Shown here one piece after another: positions 51,435 to 61,322 of a DNA stretch of 64,000 nt. Numbering within the stretch: the stretch's first letter is position 1; every line of letters starts with the position of its first letter. The stretch lies in the NCBI GenBank assembly GCA_046290465.1, contig JBKAGP010000001.1, forward strand, positions 5,696,001 to 5,760,000. Direction: 5' to 3'. The position numbers and the translations under genes were made by a program. The DNA comes from Planctomycetota bacterium (GTDB lineage: Bacteria; Planctomycetota; UBA1135; UBA2386). The notes below the pieces were generated by a model. That model saw only the letters and a program-made list of their open reading frames with translations, did no database searches and was not told where the DNA came from.

Positions 51435-52103
51435 CTACGTCGCGCTGGCGGCGGCGCTGGCCCGGATGATCGCCAGCGACTGGCCGCCGAGCGCGTGCAG
51501 CTGCGGGGACGCGCCGTAGGTCTTGCCGAACACCGCCAGGCCCTGCATCCAGACCAGCACCGCGGCGGCGGCCGCCGGCACGTCGTGCGCGGGCAGTTCG
51601 CCGGCGGCGACCGCGTCGTGCAGGGCCTGCTCGAAGACCCCGCGGACCTCGTCGAACACGCGACCCGCCGCTTGCCGCACCCGCGAATCGCGCGTCGCCA
51701 GCTCGAGCACCAGGTTGCCGATCGGGCAGCCCTTCATGCAGCCGTGTTCTCGGACCTCGCGCTGGACCGTCGCGCCCAAGCCCTCGAAGAACCGCGCGAA
51801 GCGCTGCAGCGGCGCCGCGTCCGCTGCAAACGGGCCCGCGCGCAACTGCTCGCCGAGCGCCACCGCGTAGTGCTCGAGCACCGCCAGCAGCAGCGCCTGC
51901 TTGCTCGCGAAGAAGTGGAAGAAGCTGCCCTTGTGCACGTCCGCGCGCCGGCAGATCTCGGCGGTGCCGACGCCGTCGTAGCTGTTGGCGTGCCACGCCT
52001 CCGCGGCGATGCGCAGGATACGGTCGCGCGTCGGCTCGGCGGCGGCGTCGCCGGTGGCGCAGCGGGTGTCGGGGTCGGTGGGCGTCACGGTGGGTTCGGG
52101 CAC
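51435..52103 (-). CDS. TetR/AcrR family regulator (NemR-like)
   Basis: TRDRIL...GTAEICRRADVHKGSFFHFFASK; KGCPIGNL. Confidence 0.92.
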   Translation of the reverse strand: MPEPTVTPTDPDTRCATGDAAAEPTRDRILRIAAEAWHANSYDGVGTAEICRRADVHKGSFFHFFASKQALLLAVLEHYAVALGEQLRAGPFAADAAPLQRFARFFEGLGATVQREVREHGCMKGCPIGNLVLELATRDSRVRQAAGRVFDEVRGVFEQALHDAVAAGELPAHDVPAAAAAVLVWMQGLAVFGKTYGASPQLHALGGQSLAIIRASAAASAT

Positions 52104-52120
52104 GGGACACGATGGGCCCT

Positions 52121-52138
52121 CTTGACCGAGTGGTCAAG
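52121..52138. promoter_or_regulatory. Putative TetR operator 1
   Basis: Palindrome CTTGACC-GAGT-GGTCAAG in the divergent intergenic region. Confidence 0.8.
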
Positions 52139-52157
52139 TCTGGCTAGGGTGCCGCCG

Positions 52158-52175
52158 GTTGACCGATCGGTCAAC
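52158..52175. promoter_or_regulatory. Putative TetR operator 2
   Basis: Perfect palindrome GTTGACCGATCGGTCAAC. Confidence 0.8.
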
Positions 52176-52218
52176 TCCCGCCCGTCCTGTCCGCCTTTTC
52201 CTCGATTGCCCTGAAGTC

Positions 52219-52731
52219 ATGGAAACCAAAACTGTTACGAACGATCTTCCGACCGCGCGCGCGCTCGTCGTGGGGCCCGCGGCGATCACCCTCGCCGTCA
52301 CCCTCGCGCGACTCGGCCTCGAGTTCGCCGGAGCCCCGGCGTGGCTCGGCAACGCCGGCCTCGGCGGCGTGGGTGCGATCGTCGGCATCGCCTGGCTGCC
52401 GCTGCTGTTCGGCCCGTGGTTCCACGCGCGCCTGCGCGCCGCCGCCGCGCCCGGCCAGCCGACGTGGAAGGCGCTGACCGGGACGCTGCTGCTCTACGGC
52501 CTGCTGGCGCGGCTGCCGGTGTTCCTGCTGACGATCCCGGCGCTCTACCTCGAGTGGGGCACGCACTACGAGAAGTTCCCGTTCGAGGGCTCGAACGCGG
52601 CCAAGGTCGGGGCGACCGCGCTGGCGCAGTTCGGCTTCTGGGCGTGCATCTGGACGGTCGGCGTCGGTCTGCTGGCGGCGTTCGTCGTGCACAAGCTGCG
52701 CGGCACGCCCGAAGCGCCGGCGATGACCTGA
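52219..52731 (+). CDS. Four-TM membrane protein, divergent from the TetR gene
   Basis: Four hydrophobic helices; WGTHYE loop. Confidence 0.78.
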   Translation: METKTVTNDLPTARALVVGPAAITLAVTLARLGLEFAGAPAWLGNAGLGGVGAIVGIAWLPLLFGPWFHARLRAAAAPGQPTWKALTGTLLLYGLLARLPVFLLTIPALYLEWGTHYEKFPFEGSNAAKVGATALAQFGFWACIWTVGVGLLAAFVVHKLRGTPEAPAMT

Positions 52732-52784
52732 TCGTCGCGCGGTCGGCGCTCTGGCCCTGCGGGTGCCAGGGCTAGCATGGGCGC

Positions 52785-54116
52785 ATGGACCTCGACGCGC
52801 AGCTGGCGGCGATCCGCAGCGACCCCGACGACGACGCGCCGCGCGCGGCGCTGGCGGCCTGGTGGTCGCAGCAAGGGGATCCGCGCGGGCCGTTCGTCGC
52901 GGCGCAGCTGCGTGCGGCCGGCCTGCCGCGCTGGCACCCGGAGCGGCCGGCGCTGCTGGCCGAGGCCGAGCGCCTGCTGGCTGGCCACCGCGACGCCTGG
53001 CTCGCCGGCGTGCCGCACGGTCCGCTGGCGGTCTCGTTCGTGCGCGGCTTCGTCGGCACGGCCGACGGCGAGCCGGCCGAGGTGCGCGACCACCTGCCGG
53101 CACTGCTCGCAGCCGCGCCGGTGCAGCGCCTCGAGCTCGCGGCCGACGAAGCGGACGACGGCCCCGCCGATCCCGCCGTCGACGACCTGCATCGCTGTAC
53201 AGCGCTCGGTGCGCTGCACGAACTGACCTTTCACGACGGCGAACTGCACCCCGACCGCCTCGCCGGCCTGCTGGCCGCGCCGGTCTGGCGGGCGCTGCGC
53301 GCGCTCGCCATCGGTGAGCCGATGTGCGCGGCCGAGCACGTCGCGGCGCTGGCGGCCACCGCTCTGCCGGAGGCCGTGCGTTCGCTGCGCTTCGAGGGCC
53401 ACATGGGCGGCATGGGGGACGGCGGCGTCGACGCGCTGCTGCGCGCGCCGTGGCTCGGCCAGCTCGACCTGCTGACGCTCAACGGGCAGTCCCTCGGCGA
53501 TGCGTCGCTCGCGGCCCTGTCGGCGTCGGCGCTGCGGCTGCAGACGCTCGGCATCAGCAGCGCCGGCTACGGCGAGCACTCGTTCTCGGCGGACGCGGTG
53601 CGCGCAGCGGCGGCGTCGCCGCTGTTCCGAGGTCTGCGCACGCTCAGCCTGTGCGGCGCGCCCATCGGCGAGGCCCTGCCGGAGCTGGTGGCGGTCTGCC
53701 GCGAGCTGCGCTCGGCGTCGCTGTCGCGCACCGGCCTCGACGGCGACGACCTGCGCCTGCTCGTGCGCGCGGTGACGTTCGAAGGCTGGCAGGAGCTGTC
53801 GCTGGCGGCCAACCCGATCGGGGACGGCGGCGCCCGCATGCTGTCGATGTGCCATCGCCTGCCGCGCGTGCTGTCGCTGGCCGGCTGTGGGATCTCGCCG
53901 ACCGGCCTCGGCTGGTACGCGTCGGCGCCGCCGGTCGACGCGCTCGACCTGCGCTCCAACCCGCTGCCGGCGGCGGCGTGGCAGCAGTTGCTCGACGACG
54001 ACCGCTTGCCGAAGGCGACCGCGCTGCTGGCCGACGCGCACGACTGGTCGCCGGAGCTGGTCGCCGCGATCCGGGCGCGTTACCCGCGCGTCGACCTCAC
54101 CGGCGCCGCGACGTGA
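52785..54116 (+). CDS. TIGR02996-type N-terminal domain plus leucine-rich repeat protein
   Basis: AAIRSDPDDDAPRAALAAWW..QGDPRG..V..QL; FVRGF; LxxLxLxxNxIGDxG repeats. Confidence 0.85.
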   Translation: MDLDAQLAAIRSDPDDDAPRAALAAWWSQQGDPRGPFVAAQLRAAGLPRWHPERPALLAEAERLLAGHRDAWLAGVPHGPLAVSFVRGFVGTADGEPAEVRDHLPALLAAAPVQRLELAADEADDGPADPAVDDLHRCTALGALHELTFHDGELHPDRLAGLLAAPVWRALRALAIGEPMCAAEHVAALAATALPEAVRSLRFEGHMGGMGDGGVDALLRAPWLGQLDLLTLNGQSLGDASLAALSASALRLQTLGISSAGYGEHSFSADAVRAAAASPLFRGLRTLSLCGAPIGEALPELVAVCRELRSASLSRTGLDGDDLRLLVRAVTFEGWQELSLAANPIGDGGARMLSMCHRLPRVLSLAGCGISPTGLGWYASAPPVDALDLRSNPLPAAAWQQLLDDDRLPKATALLADAHDWSPELVAAIRARYPRVDLTGAAT

Positions 54117-55563
54117 GCCAGGTGTAGGGCAGCACGACCAGCAGCAGCAGCGCGAGCATCACCAGGAACGGCAGCGTCAGCAACGCGCCGATCCGCGCCA
54201 GCTCGGCGTCGTCCCGCGTCCACGCGAACAGCCGCACCGCGATGCCGGCGAGCAGCAGCACGCCGAGCAGCGTGACCGTTCGCGGGCCGAACAGCAGTTG
54301 CTTGATGCTCACGCCGCGCTGACGCCCCGCCAGCAGGTCCTCGACCAGGCTCTCGAAGCGCTGCCGCAGCCGCTGGTGTGCTTCGCCGGTCGCCGGGCCC
54401 GACCAGCCCTGGTAGATGCCGCGCACCTTGCCGTCCCGGTCGACGAAGATCGTCGTCGGGAACGAGCGCACGCGGTCGAGCAGCGACAGCGAGGTGGTGG
54501 CCTTCTTCTTGTCGGACAGGCCGCCGATCAGGATCGGGAACGTCGCGCCGTGGCGGGCCACGAACGTCTCGACCTGGCGCACGCTGCGCGCGAAGTCGCC
54601 GGCGTGTTCGAACGCCACGCCGACCACCTGCAGGCCCCGATCGGCGTAGCGTCGGTGCAGTTCGGCCATGTAGGCGCCGTGGTCGTGGCAGTTGGGGCAC
54701 CACGAACCGAACACCTCGATGACGCGCACCTTGCCGGTGAACTTCGGGCCGTCGAGCGAGACCGGCTGGCCGGCGAAGTCACGGAAGGTCGCGTCGCCGA
54801 GGCTGGCGCCGTCGCGCATCCTGGTCAGCTTCCAGCCGTCGGGCAGCGTCGCCTTCTCGTCGGGCGTCGCGGTCCAGGTCTCGTACCAGCTGTCCGACGA
54901 CCAGAAGCCGCCTCGCATCGTGCCGTCCGGCTGCCGTTCGGCCGCGAACAGGAACGCGTGCGCGCCGTCGAAGCACGACAGCTTCATGGTGCGGCCGTCG
55001 CTGTTGCCGGCCAGGAACCGGTAGTCGCCCAGCGTGGTCAGGAACGTGCCCTCGCAGTTCCAGTTCTGGTTGGCGCCGGCCACGACGCGGAACACGCCGA
55101 CGGCCGGGTCCTTGCTGCCCGCGAACGCGACCGCGTAGCGGCCGTTGGGCCAGGTCACGTCGCCGTCTGTTGCCGGCAGGTCGAAGCGCGCACCGAAGCC
55201 GCGGTGCACGACCTTCATCCGGGTCTCCGGTTGCGCACCGCGCCGCTTGATCCACTCGCCGTTCATCGTGGCCGCGCCGCGGTCGACGTCGAGCCGCAGT
55301 TCGCTGTCGTAGTGCGGGAAGCGCAGCACCAGCTGGCGGTCGTCGACGACCTCTGGCACCTGGATGCGCTCGCTGCCGTTGCCGAGGAACACCAGCAGGC
55401 TGCCCTTGCCGTCCCCCTCGAGCGACAGCTGGAACGGCAGATCGCCGCCCGGGCACTGCAGCGCCATGCGGTGGCTGCCCATCGGAAAGGCGCTCTGCCC
55501 GAACACCGGGGCGGCGACGGCCCAGGCGAGCGACAGCGCGGCGAGGACGCGGGTGACGTGCAT
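54097..55563 (-). CDS. Exported TlpA/redoxin-family thiol-disulfide oxidoreductase with C-terminal TM pair
   Basis: GDYRFL, FDGAHAFLF, FGSWCPNC, SFPTTIFVDRDG; two TMs at the C-terminus. Confidence 0.85.
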   Translation of the reverse strand: MHVTRVLAALSLAWAVAAPVFGQSAFPMGSHRMALQCPGGDLPFQLSLEGDGKGSLLVFLGNGSERIQVPEVVDDRQLVLRFPHYDSELRLDVDRGAATMNGEWIKRRGAQPETRMKVVHRGFGARFDLPATDGDVTWPNGRYAVAFAGSKDPAVGVFRVVAGANQNWNCEGTFLTTLGDYRFLAGNSDGRTMKLSCFDGAHAFLFAAERQPDGTMRGGFWSSDSWYETWTATPDEKATLPDGWKLTRMRDGASLGDATFRDFAGQPVSLDGPKFTGKVRVIEVFGSWCPNCHDHGAYMAELHRRYADRGLQVVGVAFEHAGDFARSVRQVETFVARHGATFPILIGGLSDKKKATTSLSLLDRVRSFPTTIFVDRDGKVRGIYQGWSGPATGEAHQRLRQRFESLVEDLLAGRQRGVSIKQLLFGPRTVTLLGVLLLAGIAVRLFAWTRDDAELARIGALLTLPFLVMLALLLLVVLPYTWLTSRRR

Positions 55564-55586
55564 CGCTGCACGATCGCATCTCGCCG

Positions 55587-57335
55587 ATGCGAACGATCGC
55601 CGTGATGGTGGCGCTGCTGATGGCGGCGGTCGCGGGCGCGCAGCAGCGCCGGACCTGCATCGGAACCGTACGGGACGCCGACGGCGCGCCGGTCGCGGGT
55701 GCGACGGTGACCGCGGTCTACGCGACGGCCGGCGACGCGAGCTTCTGCCACGATCGCCAGGTCGCGGTGGCCGACCCCCGCGGCCGCTTCCGCCTGCAGC
55801 TGTTCGCCGGGCTGACCTACAGCTACTGGGCGATCGGCCCCGAACGCGCCGACGGCACGCGGCTGGTGTCGCGCCTGCACCAGGGGGCGACCGGCGGCGG
55901 CTACTTCGCGGTGGCGGCGACCGCGCTGCAACGGCCGCGCACGATGCAGCTCGCAGGCTTGGACGCGTGGCGCCGGCACGGCGCGGCCGCCGTCACCGTG
56001 CACGCGGGCCCGAAGGACGTGCAGGGCGTCGCGGTCGCGATCGCCGCCGACGGCTCCGGCACGCTGCCGCCGCTGCCGGCGTCCAGCTGCCTCGTGGTGG
56101 TCGCCGACGGCGACGGCGCGCCGCTGGTGCTCGGCCTGGTCGGGCCCGACCGAGCCACGGTCGAGCTCGGCGAGCCGCAGCAGCTGACGATGAAATACGA
56201 CCTCGCGGTCCCGGAGGGTGCGCGGCTCAGGGTGCACGTGCGGGCGCCGGTGGTCTGGAACGAAGGCGAGCTGTGGGTCGCGTCCGACCGCTTCTTCGTG
56301 CGCGACCTCGGGGTGTTTCGCGACGGCATGCAGGTCGTGATCCCGAAGCGGCCGAAGGCCGATCCGAGCAACTACTGGTGGCGGCCGTCGATGATGACCG
56401 TGCGCGCCGGCCAGCAGACCGTCGCACGCGTGCCGCTGCCGACGATCGATCTGCAGGGCGCGCAGCAGCGGTTCCTCGTCGACGGCAAGGCGCTGCTGGA
56501 GCCGGTCGACGCGCGCTGGGGCGTCGACCTCGGTCGCGCGCGCGACGACGAGCCGTTCTTGTGCGTGCCGGTGCGCGGCGACGCGCCGTGGCACGCGGTC
56601 TGCGGCGGCTTCGTCACCACCGGCAGGGCGCTGCGCGAAGGCCTGCGGCTCGAGCACCACTGGCAGTCGTGCGAGGTGCTGGCGCGCGGCTCGGCTGGCG
56701 CGGCGCTCGAGCGGGTGGCGGTGATCGGCCCGCTCGAGGCCGACGCCGAGCCGGGGCCGCCGGCGCCGCTTTGCACGGTCGAGCTGACCGTCGTCGACGA
56801 CCGCGGCGGGCCGGGCCGCGAGGCGTGGGTCGCGTTGGTGCCGCTCGACCAGAAGGGCCGCGGCTGGGCCGACGAACGGACCTGGCTGCGCGCCGACAGC
56901 GGCGGTCGGGTGCGCACGCTGCTGCCGCACGGCCGCTACGGCGTGCACGCGACCGATGGCCGCGGGACCTGTGCGCAGGAACTGCAGGTCGGCGACGAGT
57001 TGGTGCGCCGGCAACTCGCGCTCGCGGCGATGCCGACGATGACGATGCGGGTGCTCGATGGCCAGGACCAGCCGGTGCCCGGCGCCGCCGGCTACTCGAT
57101 GGTGCACGGCACGGTCGGCGCGGTCGACGGGCTGGCCGCGCAGCAGTACGCGCTCGGCAACTCGCTGACCTACCGCGTGTTCGTCCGTCAGCGGACCGAC
57201 GCGCGCGGCCAGCTGGTGGTGCCGATCCCGCCAGGCATCGGCGATGGCGCGCGGCTGCGCTTCCGGCTGCCGGACGGCGGCAGCACCGGCGACGTGGTGG
57301 TCGAGCCGTCGGACGAGGTCGTCGTCGTGCGCTGA
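55587..57335 (+). CDS. Secreted protein with carboxypeptidase-regulatory-like repeats
   Basis: Signal peptide AGA-Q; GTVRDADGAPVAGATV; VLDGQDQPVPGA. Confidence 0.75.
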   Translation: MRTIAVMVALLMAAVAGAQQRRTCIGTVRDADGAPVAGATVTAVYATAGDASFCHDRQVAVADPRGRFRLQLFAGLTYSYWAIGPERADGTRLVSRLHQGATGGGYFAVAATALQRPRTMQLAGLDAWRRHGAAAVTVHAGPKDVQGVAVAIAADGSGTLPPLPASSCLVVVADGDGAPLVLGLVGPDRATVELGEPQQLTMKYDLAVPEGARLRVHVRAPVVWNEGELWVASDRFFVRDLGVFRDGMQVVIPKRPKADPSNYWWRPSMMTVRAGQQTVARVPLPTIDLQGAQQRFLVDGKALLEPVDARWGVDLGRARDDEPFLCVPVRGDAPWHAVCGGFVTTGRALREGLRLEHHWQSCEVLARGSAGAALERVAVIGPLEADAEPGPPAPLCTVELTVVDDRGGPGREAWVALVPLDQKGRGWADERTWLRADSGGRVRTLLPHGRYGVHATDGRGTCAQELQVGDELVRRQLALAAMPTMTMRVLDGQDQPVPGAAGYSMVHGTVGAVDGLAAQQYALGNSLTYRVFVRQRTDARGQLVVPIPPGIGDGARLRFRLPDGGSTGDVVVEPSDEVVVVR

Positions 57336-57532
57336 GTCCGCGGTCGCCGTGCCCGCTGCCGACCAACTCGGCCGGCTTACGTTCGCCTTACCCCTCGGCG
57401 GGTCCGGCGATGCCAAGATCTCGATGCGCCGTTCGGACGGCGGGGTCACCGCACCGGTGCCCGTCGCGTTGATCCGGGCAATCAACCCGATCGGGAGACA
57501 ACCTGCGGCGACACCGTCTCGATACCGACAGC

Positions 57533-58834
57533 ATGCCAACCCTCCTCGCCCCGGTCCGTCTCGCCTCCCTCGTCCTGCTCGCCGCGGCCCTCGTCGCCCA
57601 AGAGCCCGAGGGCGAACACGCGGCCGAGGTCCTGCCGCAGGTCGTGCTGCCGCCGAAGGACGGCGTGGTCAGCGTCATGCGGTCGTTCTCGCAGGGGCTG
57701 ACGATCGACGCCGACGGCAAGGTCTGGTGCCTCAGCTACGTCTCCGGCGTCCAGCAGGATTCGCGCGAGCTGTGGCTGCACAAGAGCGACGACGACGGCC
57801 GCAGCTGGCGGCGCATCCGAAAGGCCCCGACCGCCTGGACCGTCTACGGCGCGCTGGTCGGCGCGCCGCAGGAGCGCGTGCTGCACGTCGCCTATGCCGC
57901 GCGGGTCGGCGACCAGAAGTGGACGTCGGCGCTCTACCAGCGCTTCGACATCGACCAGGAGGTCTGGCTCGGCGAACCGGAGGTGCTGCAGCGCGGGACC
58001 GGCAGCGAGGACCAGTTCAGCATCTGCGACCTCGCGCTCGGCGACGACGGCGCGGTGACCGTGCTGGTGTCAACGCACCGTCGCCCGAAGCGGCCGCCGT
58101 GGCCGAGCGGCTGGAGCAGCGGCCTGCTGGTGCGCGGCAAGGGGGAGAAGAAGTGGCAGGGGCCGTTCCCGATCCACACCAGCACCTATGGCGTCTGGGC
58201 CAACCTGCAGCTGCGCGACGGCACCGCGCACACGACCTACCGCAGCTCCCCGAGCCACTCGATCATCGGCTACCGCAGCTTCGCGATGGCGACGCAGAAG
58301 TTCGAACAGAAGAAGGACGTCGAGATCAGCGTGCGGCCGAAGACCGGTCGCTACGTGTCGAACTCGAGTTCGCTGGTGGTGCACCCGTTCGGCAGCCGCA
58401 CGGTGCTCTATCCGGCCGCGTCGCAGGGCCGCGGCCAGCGCAACGGCCAGCTGCTGCTGGCGTTCGCCGACGAGGACGACCGGTGGGTGACCTCGGTGCT
58501 GTGCGACGATCCGGCGATCGTCGCGGGCAACTACGCCTACGAGTACTTCGCGCTGGTGCAGGGGCCGGGCACCCAGGCGATCGCGCTGTACAGCAAGATG
58601 AGCGAGAACTACCGGGTGCTGTACCGCCGCTTCGTCGACGCCGGCCGGCCGCTCGGGCGCGAGCAGGTCGTCGCCAGGAGCGATCTCGACGGCGCCTTCC
58701 AGCGCATCGTCGCGATGCGCGACCCGCGGGTCCGCACCGGCGTGCAGGCGCTGGTCTCGGGCCAGGGGGCGGGGGCGGCGCTCGGCGTGCGCGTGGTGCT
58801 GGCGCCGCGGCCGGTCAAGACGCGCTGGCAATAG
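57533..58834 (+). CDS. Secreted BNR/Asp-box beta-propeller protein
   Basis: Signal peptide LVA-Q; KSDDDGRSW Asp-box. Confidence 0.75.
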   Translation: MPTLLAPVRLASLVLLAAALVAQEPEGEHAAEVLPQVVLPPKDGVVSVMRSFSQGLTIDADGKVWCLSYVSGVQQDSRELWLHKSDDDGRSWRRIRKAPTAWTVYGALVGAPQERVLHVAYAARVGDQKWTSALYQRFDIDQEVWLGEPEVLQRGTGSEDQFSICDLALGDDGAVTVLVSTHRRPKRPPWPSGWSSGLLVRGKGEKKWQGPFPIHTSTYGVWANLQLRDGTAHTTYRSSPSHSIIGYRSFAMATQKFEQKKDVEISVRPKTGRYVSNSSSLVVHPFGSRTVLYPAASQGRGQRNGQLLLAFADEDDRWVTSVLCDDPAIVAGNYAYEYFALVQGPGTQAIALYSKMSENYRVLYRRFVDAGRPLGREQVVARSDLDGAFQRIVAMRDPRVRTGVQALVSGQGAGAALGVRVVLAPRPVKTRWQ

Positions 58835-58861
58835 CGCGGCGCGAGCCGCTACCGTGCTGCG

Positions 58862-60157
58862 ATGCCGAAGCTCGCGATGCACTGGTGGATCCTGATCGGC
58901 CTCGTCCTCGGTGTGGCCTATGGCTACATCGCGGCGATCAACGGCGGTGCCGAACACGTCATCGAATACATCAAGCCGCTCGGGACGCTGTTCCTGAACC
59001 TGCTCAAGATGATCGCGGTGCCGCTGGTGCTGTTCTCGCTGGTGGCCGGCGTCGCCAGCCTCAACGACACCAGCAAGCTCGGCCGCATCGGCGGCAAGTC
59101 GATCGGCCTCTACCTGGGCACGACGGCGATCGCGATCACGATCGGCCTGTTGTTCGTCAATCTCTTCGGGCCGGGCAAGGGCCTGTCCGAGGAGACCCGC
59201 GATCGGCTGACCAGCGCGACCGCGCAGCAGGCCAGCGAGAAGGTCGCCAACGCCGAGGTCAGCTTCATCGACCAGATGGTCAACATCGTGCCGACCAACC
59301 CGTTCGCGGCGTTGGCGACCGCGGAGATGCTGCAGGTGGTGTTCTTCGCGCTGATGCTGGGCATCGCGCTGACCCGCCTGTCGCGCCGCGAGCCGGGCAC
59401 CGCGCACGTCGTCAAGGTGTTCCAGCTGCTGAGCGACGCGATCATCGAGATGGTGCAGCTGATCATGAAGATCGCGCCGACCGGGGTGTTCGCGATGATG
59501 GCGGCCGTGGTCGCCGAGCTCGGCGAGGATCCGGACCAGCTGGCCGAGCTGATGGCCAGCCTCGGCGGCTACATGGGCACGGTGGTGCTTGCGCTGCTCG
59601 CGCACTACCTGCTCGTCTACACGGTGATGCTCAAGCTGCTGACCAAGGTTTCGTGGCTGACGTTCGCCAAGGCGATGGTGCCAGCACAGCTATTGGCGTT
59701 CAGCTCGAGTTCGAGCGCCGCGACGCTGCCGGTGACGATCCGCAGCGTCGAGAACGTCGGGGTCGACGAGGAGGTCTCGAGCTTCGTGCTGCCGCTCGGC
59801 GCGACCATCAACATGGACGGCACCGGCCTCTACCAGGGGGTCGCGGCGGTGTTCATCGCCAACGTGTTCGGCCACGACCTGACGCTGGTCGACCAGCTCA
59901 ACATCGTGCTGACGGCGGCGCTGGCGTCGATCGGCACGGCGGCGGTGCCGGGCGTCGGCATCGTGATGCTGGTGCTGGTGCTCAAGACCGTCAACGTCGA
60001 CCCGGCCGGCATCGCGCTGATCCTCGCCGTCGACCGCCCGCTCGACATGTGCCGCACGGTGCTCAACGTCACCGGCGACGCGACCGTCGCCACGGTGGTC
60101 GCCAGCAGCGAGGGCCTCATTCACGACGGCGAACGTCACCACGACGACGCGGGCTAG
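58862..60157 (+). CDS. Dicarboxylate/amino acid:cation symporter (DAACS, GltP/GltT family)
   Basis: FSSSSSAATLP, LGATINMDGT, IGTAAVPG and DMCRTVLNVTGD. Confidence 0.95.
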   Translation: MPKLAMHWWILIGLVLGVAYGYIAAINGGAEHVIEYIKPLGTLFLNLLKMIAVPLVLFSLVAGVASLNDTSKLGRIGGKSIGLYLGTTAIAITIGLLFVNLFGPGKGLSEETRDRLTSATAQQASEKVANAEVSFIDQMVNIVPTNPFAALATAEMLQVVFFALMLGIALTRLSRREPGTAHVVKVFQLLSDAIIEMVQLIMKIAPTGVFAMMAAVVAELGEDPDQLAELMASLGGYMGTVVLALLAHYLLVYTVMLKLLTKVSWLTFAKAMVPAQLLAFSSSSSAATLPVTIRSVENVGVDEEVSSFVLPLGATINMDGTGLYQGVAAVFIANVFGHDLTLVDQLNIVLTAALASIGTAAVPGVGIVMLVLVLKTVNVDPAGIALILAVDRPLDMCRTVLNVTGDATVATVVASSEGLIHDGERHHDDAG

Positions 60158-60323
60158 TGGGCAAAGCCCCGTCCGCACGCGTACACGCCGCTTCCGCGAT
60201 CACGGTTGGCAGCGCGTCCACTACATGGACGCGCTCTTAGTGGGCAAAGCCCCGTCCGCACGCGTACACGCCGCTTCCGCGATCACGGTTGGCAGCGCGT
60301 CCACTACATGGACGCGCTCCTAG
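60155..60323. repeat. Tandem duplication of an 83-bp hairpin-bearing element bounded by TAG (REPIN/MITE-like)
   Basis: 60155-60237 and 60238-60320 are identical except for the last base; hairpins GGGC-AAA-GCCC and AGCGCGTCCA-CTACA-TGGACGCGCT. Confidence 0.9.
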
Positions 60324-61266
60324 CGTCCCACGTGTCGGTGGCGAGGTCGTAGCGCCAGAGGATGTTGCTGCGCCCCTCGATCGGCATGCCGCCGACGATC
60401 CAGAGCGCGTCACCGGCCGCGACGGCGACCGGCATCGCCGCCTGCGCGGGCGGCCCGGCGTGTTCGGTCCAGGTCGCCGTGTCGGGGCGGTATCGGTAGC
60501 TGAGGTTGCCGGGCAGGCCGCCGAGCAGCCACAGGGAGCCGCGGTGCACGACGTGGCCGGTGAACTTCGCCCACAGGCCATGCGGGCAGTCGTCGATGCG
60601 GACCCAGTCGCCGTCGAGGCGCACCCAGTGTTCGCGCAGCATGTCGCTGACGTCGGAGTCGATGCCGCCGAGCACGTGCAGTTCGCCGCCGAGCGCGCAG
60701 ACGAAGTGGAAGTGGTCGCCGTGCGCGAACGTCGGCGGCGGCGCGTGTGCGGTGACCGAGCCGGTCACCAGGTCGACCTCGTGGAAGCCGGTAGCGACCT
60801 CGGGGAAGCCGCCGAGCACCCAGGCGCTGCCGTCGAGCACGCACGCCCCGAAGTGCGAGCGCGGCAGGCGGCCGTCGGCCGGCACCAGTTGGTGCCAGCG
60901 GTCGGTCGCCGCGTCGTAGCGTTCGACCGACGCGCCGATCGCGACCACGTCGCCTGCGTGCACACCCGAACCGAAGAACGTGTGCGGCTGCGGGCAGTCG
61001 GCGCGCCGCCGCCAGGTGTCGTCGCCGTCGGCGAGCCACAGCGTCTGGTGCGGGCCGCGCTCGGTGCCGGCACCGCGCGGGTGGCCGCCGATGCACAGGT
61101 AGCCACCGGCGACGCGTTCGATCCGGTGGCCGTGGCGTCGCTCGGGCAACGCCGCGAGTGGGGCCGTCGCTGCCGGGGTCGGCGCCTCCCGGTTCGCCGC
61201 ATCCGGGTTCCCCGCATCCGGGGCGACGCAGCCAGCCAACAGCAGCAATACGAACGACTTCGACAT
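60304..61266 (-). CDS. Kelch-repeat lipoprotein
   Basis: LLLLAGC lipobox; repeated (V/L)xGG...YD...W Kelch units. Confidence 0.85.
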   Translation of the reverse strand: MSKSFVLLLLAGCVAPDAGNPDAANREAPTPAATAPLAALPERRHGHRIERVAGGYLCIGGHPRGAGTERGPHQTLWLADGDDTWRRRADCPQPHTFFGSGVHAGDVVAIGASVERYDAATDRWHQLVPADGRLPRSHFGACVLDGSAWVLGGFPEVATGFHEVDLVTGSVTAHAPPPTFAHGDHFHFVCALGGELHVLGGIDSDVSDMLREHWVRLDGDWVRIDDCPHGLWAKFTGHVVHRGSLWLLGGLPGNLSYRYRPDTATWTEHAGPPAQAAMPVAVAAGDALWIVGGMPIEGRSNILWRYDLATDTWDARSASM

Positions 61267-61322
61267 GGCGCGCATGGGCACCCGGACGACGCGCTGCTCT
61301 GCGTGTTATCGGGCCCGTCCCA

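Noticed and set aside
60155..60323. CRISPR array or c-di-GMP riboswitch (GGGCAAAGCCC)
   Set aside because: Units are contiguous and identical with no unique spacers and no cas genes nearby. The element lies between convergent 3' ends, not in a leader, and lacks the second riboswitch stem.
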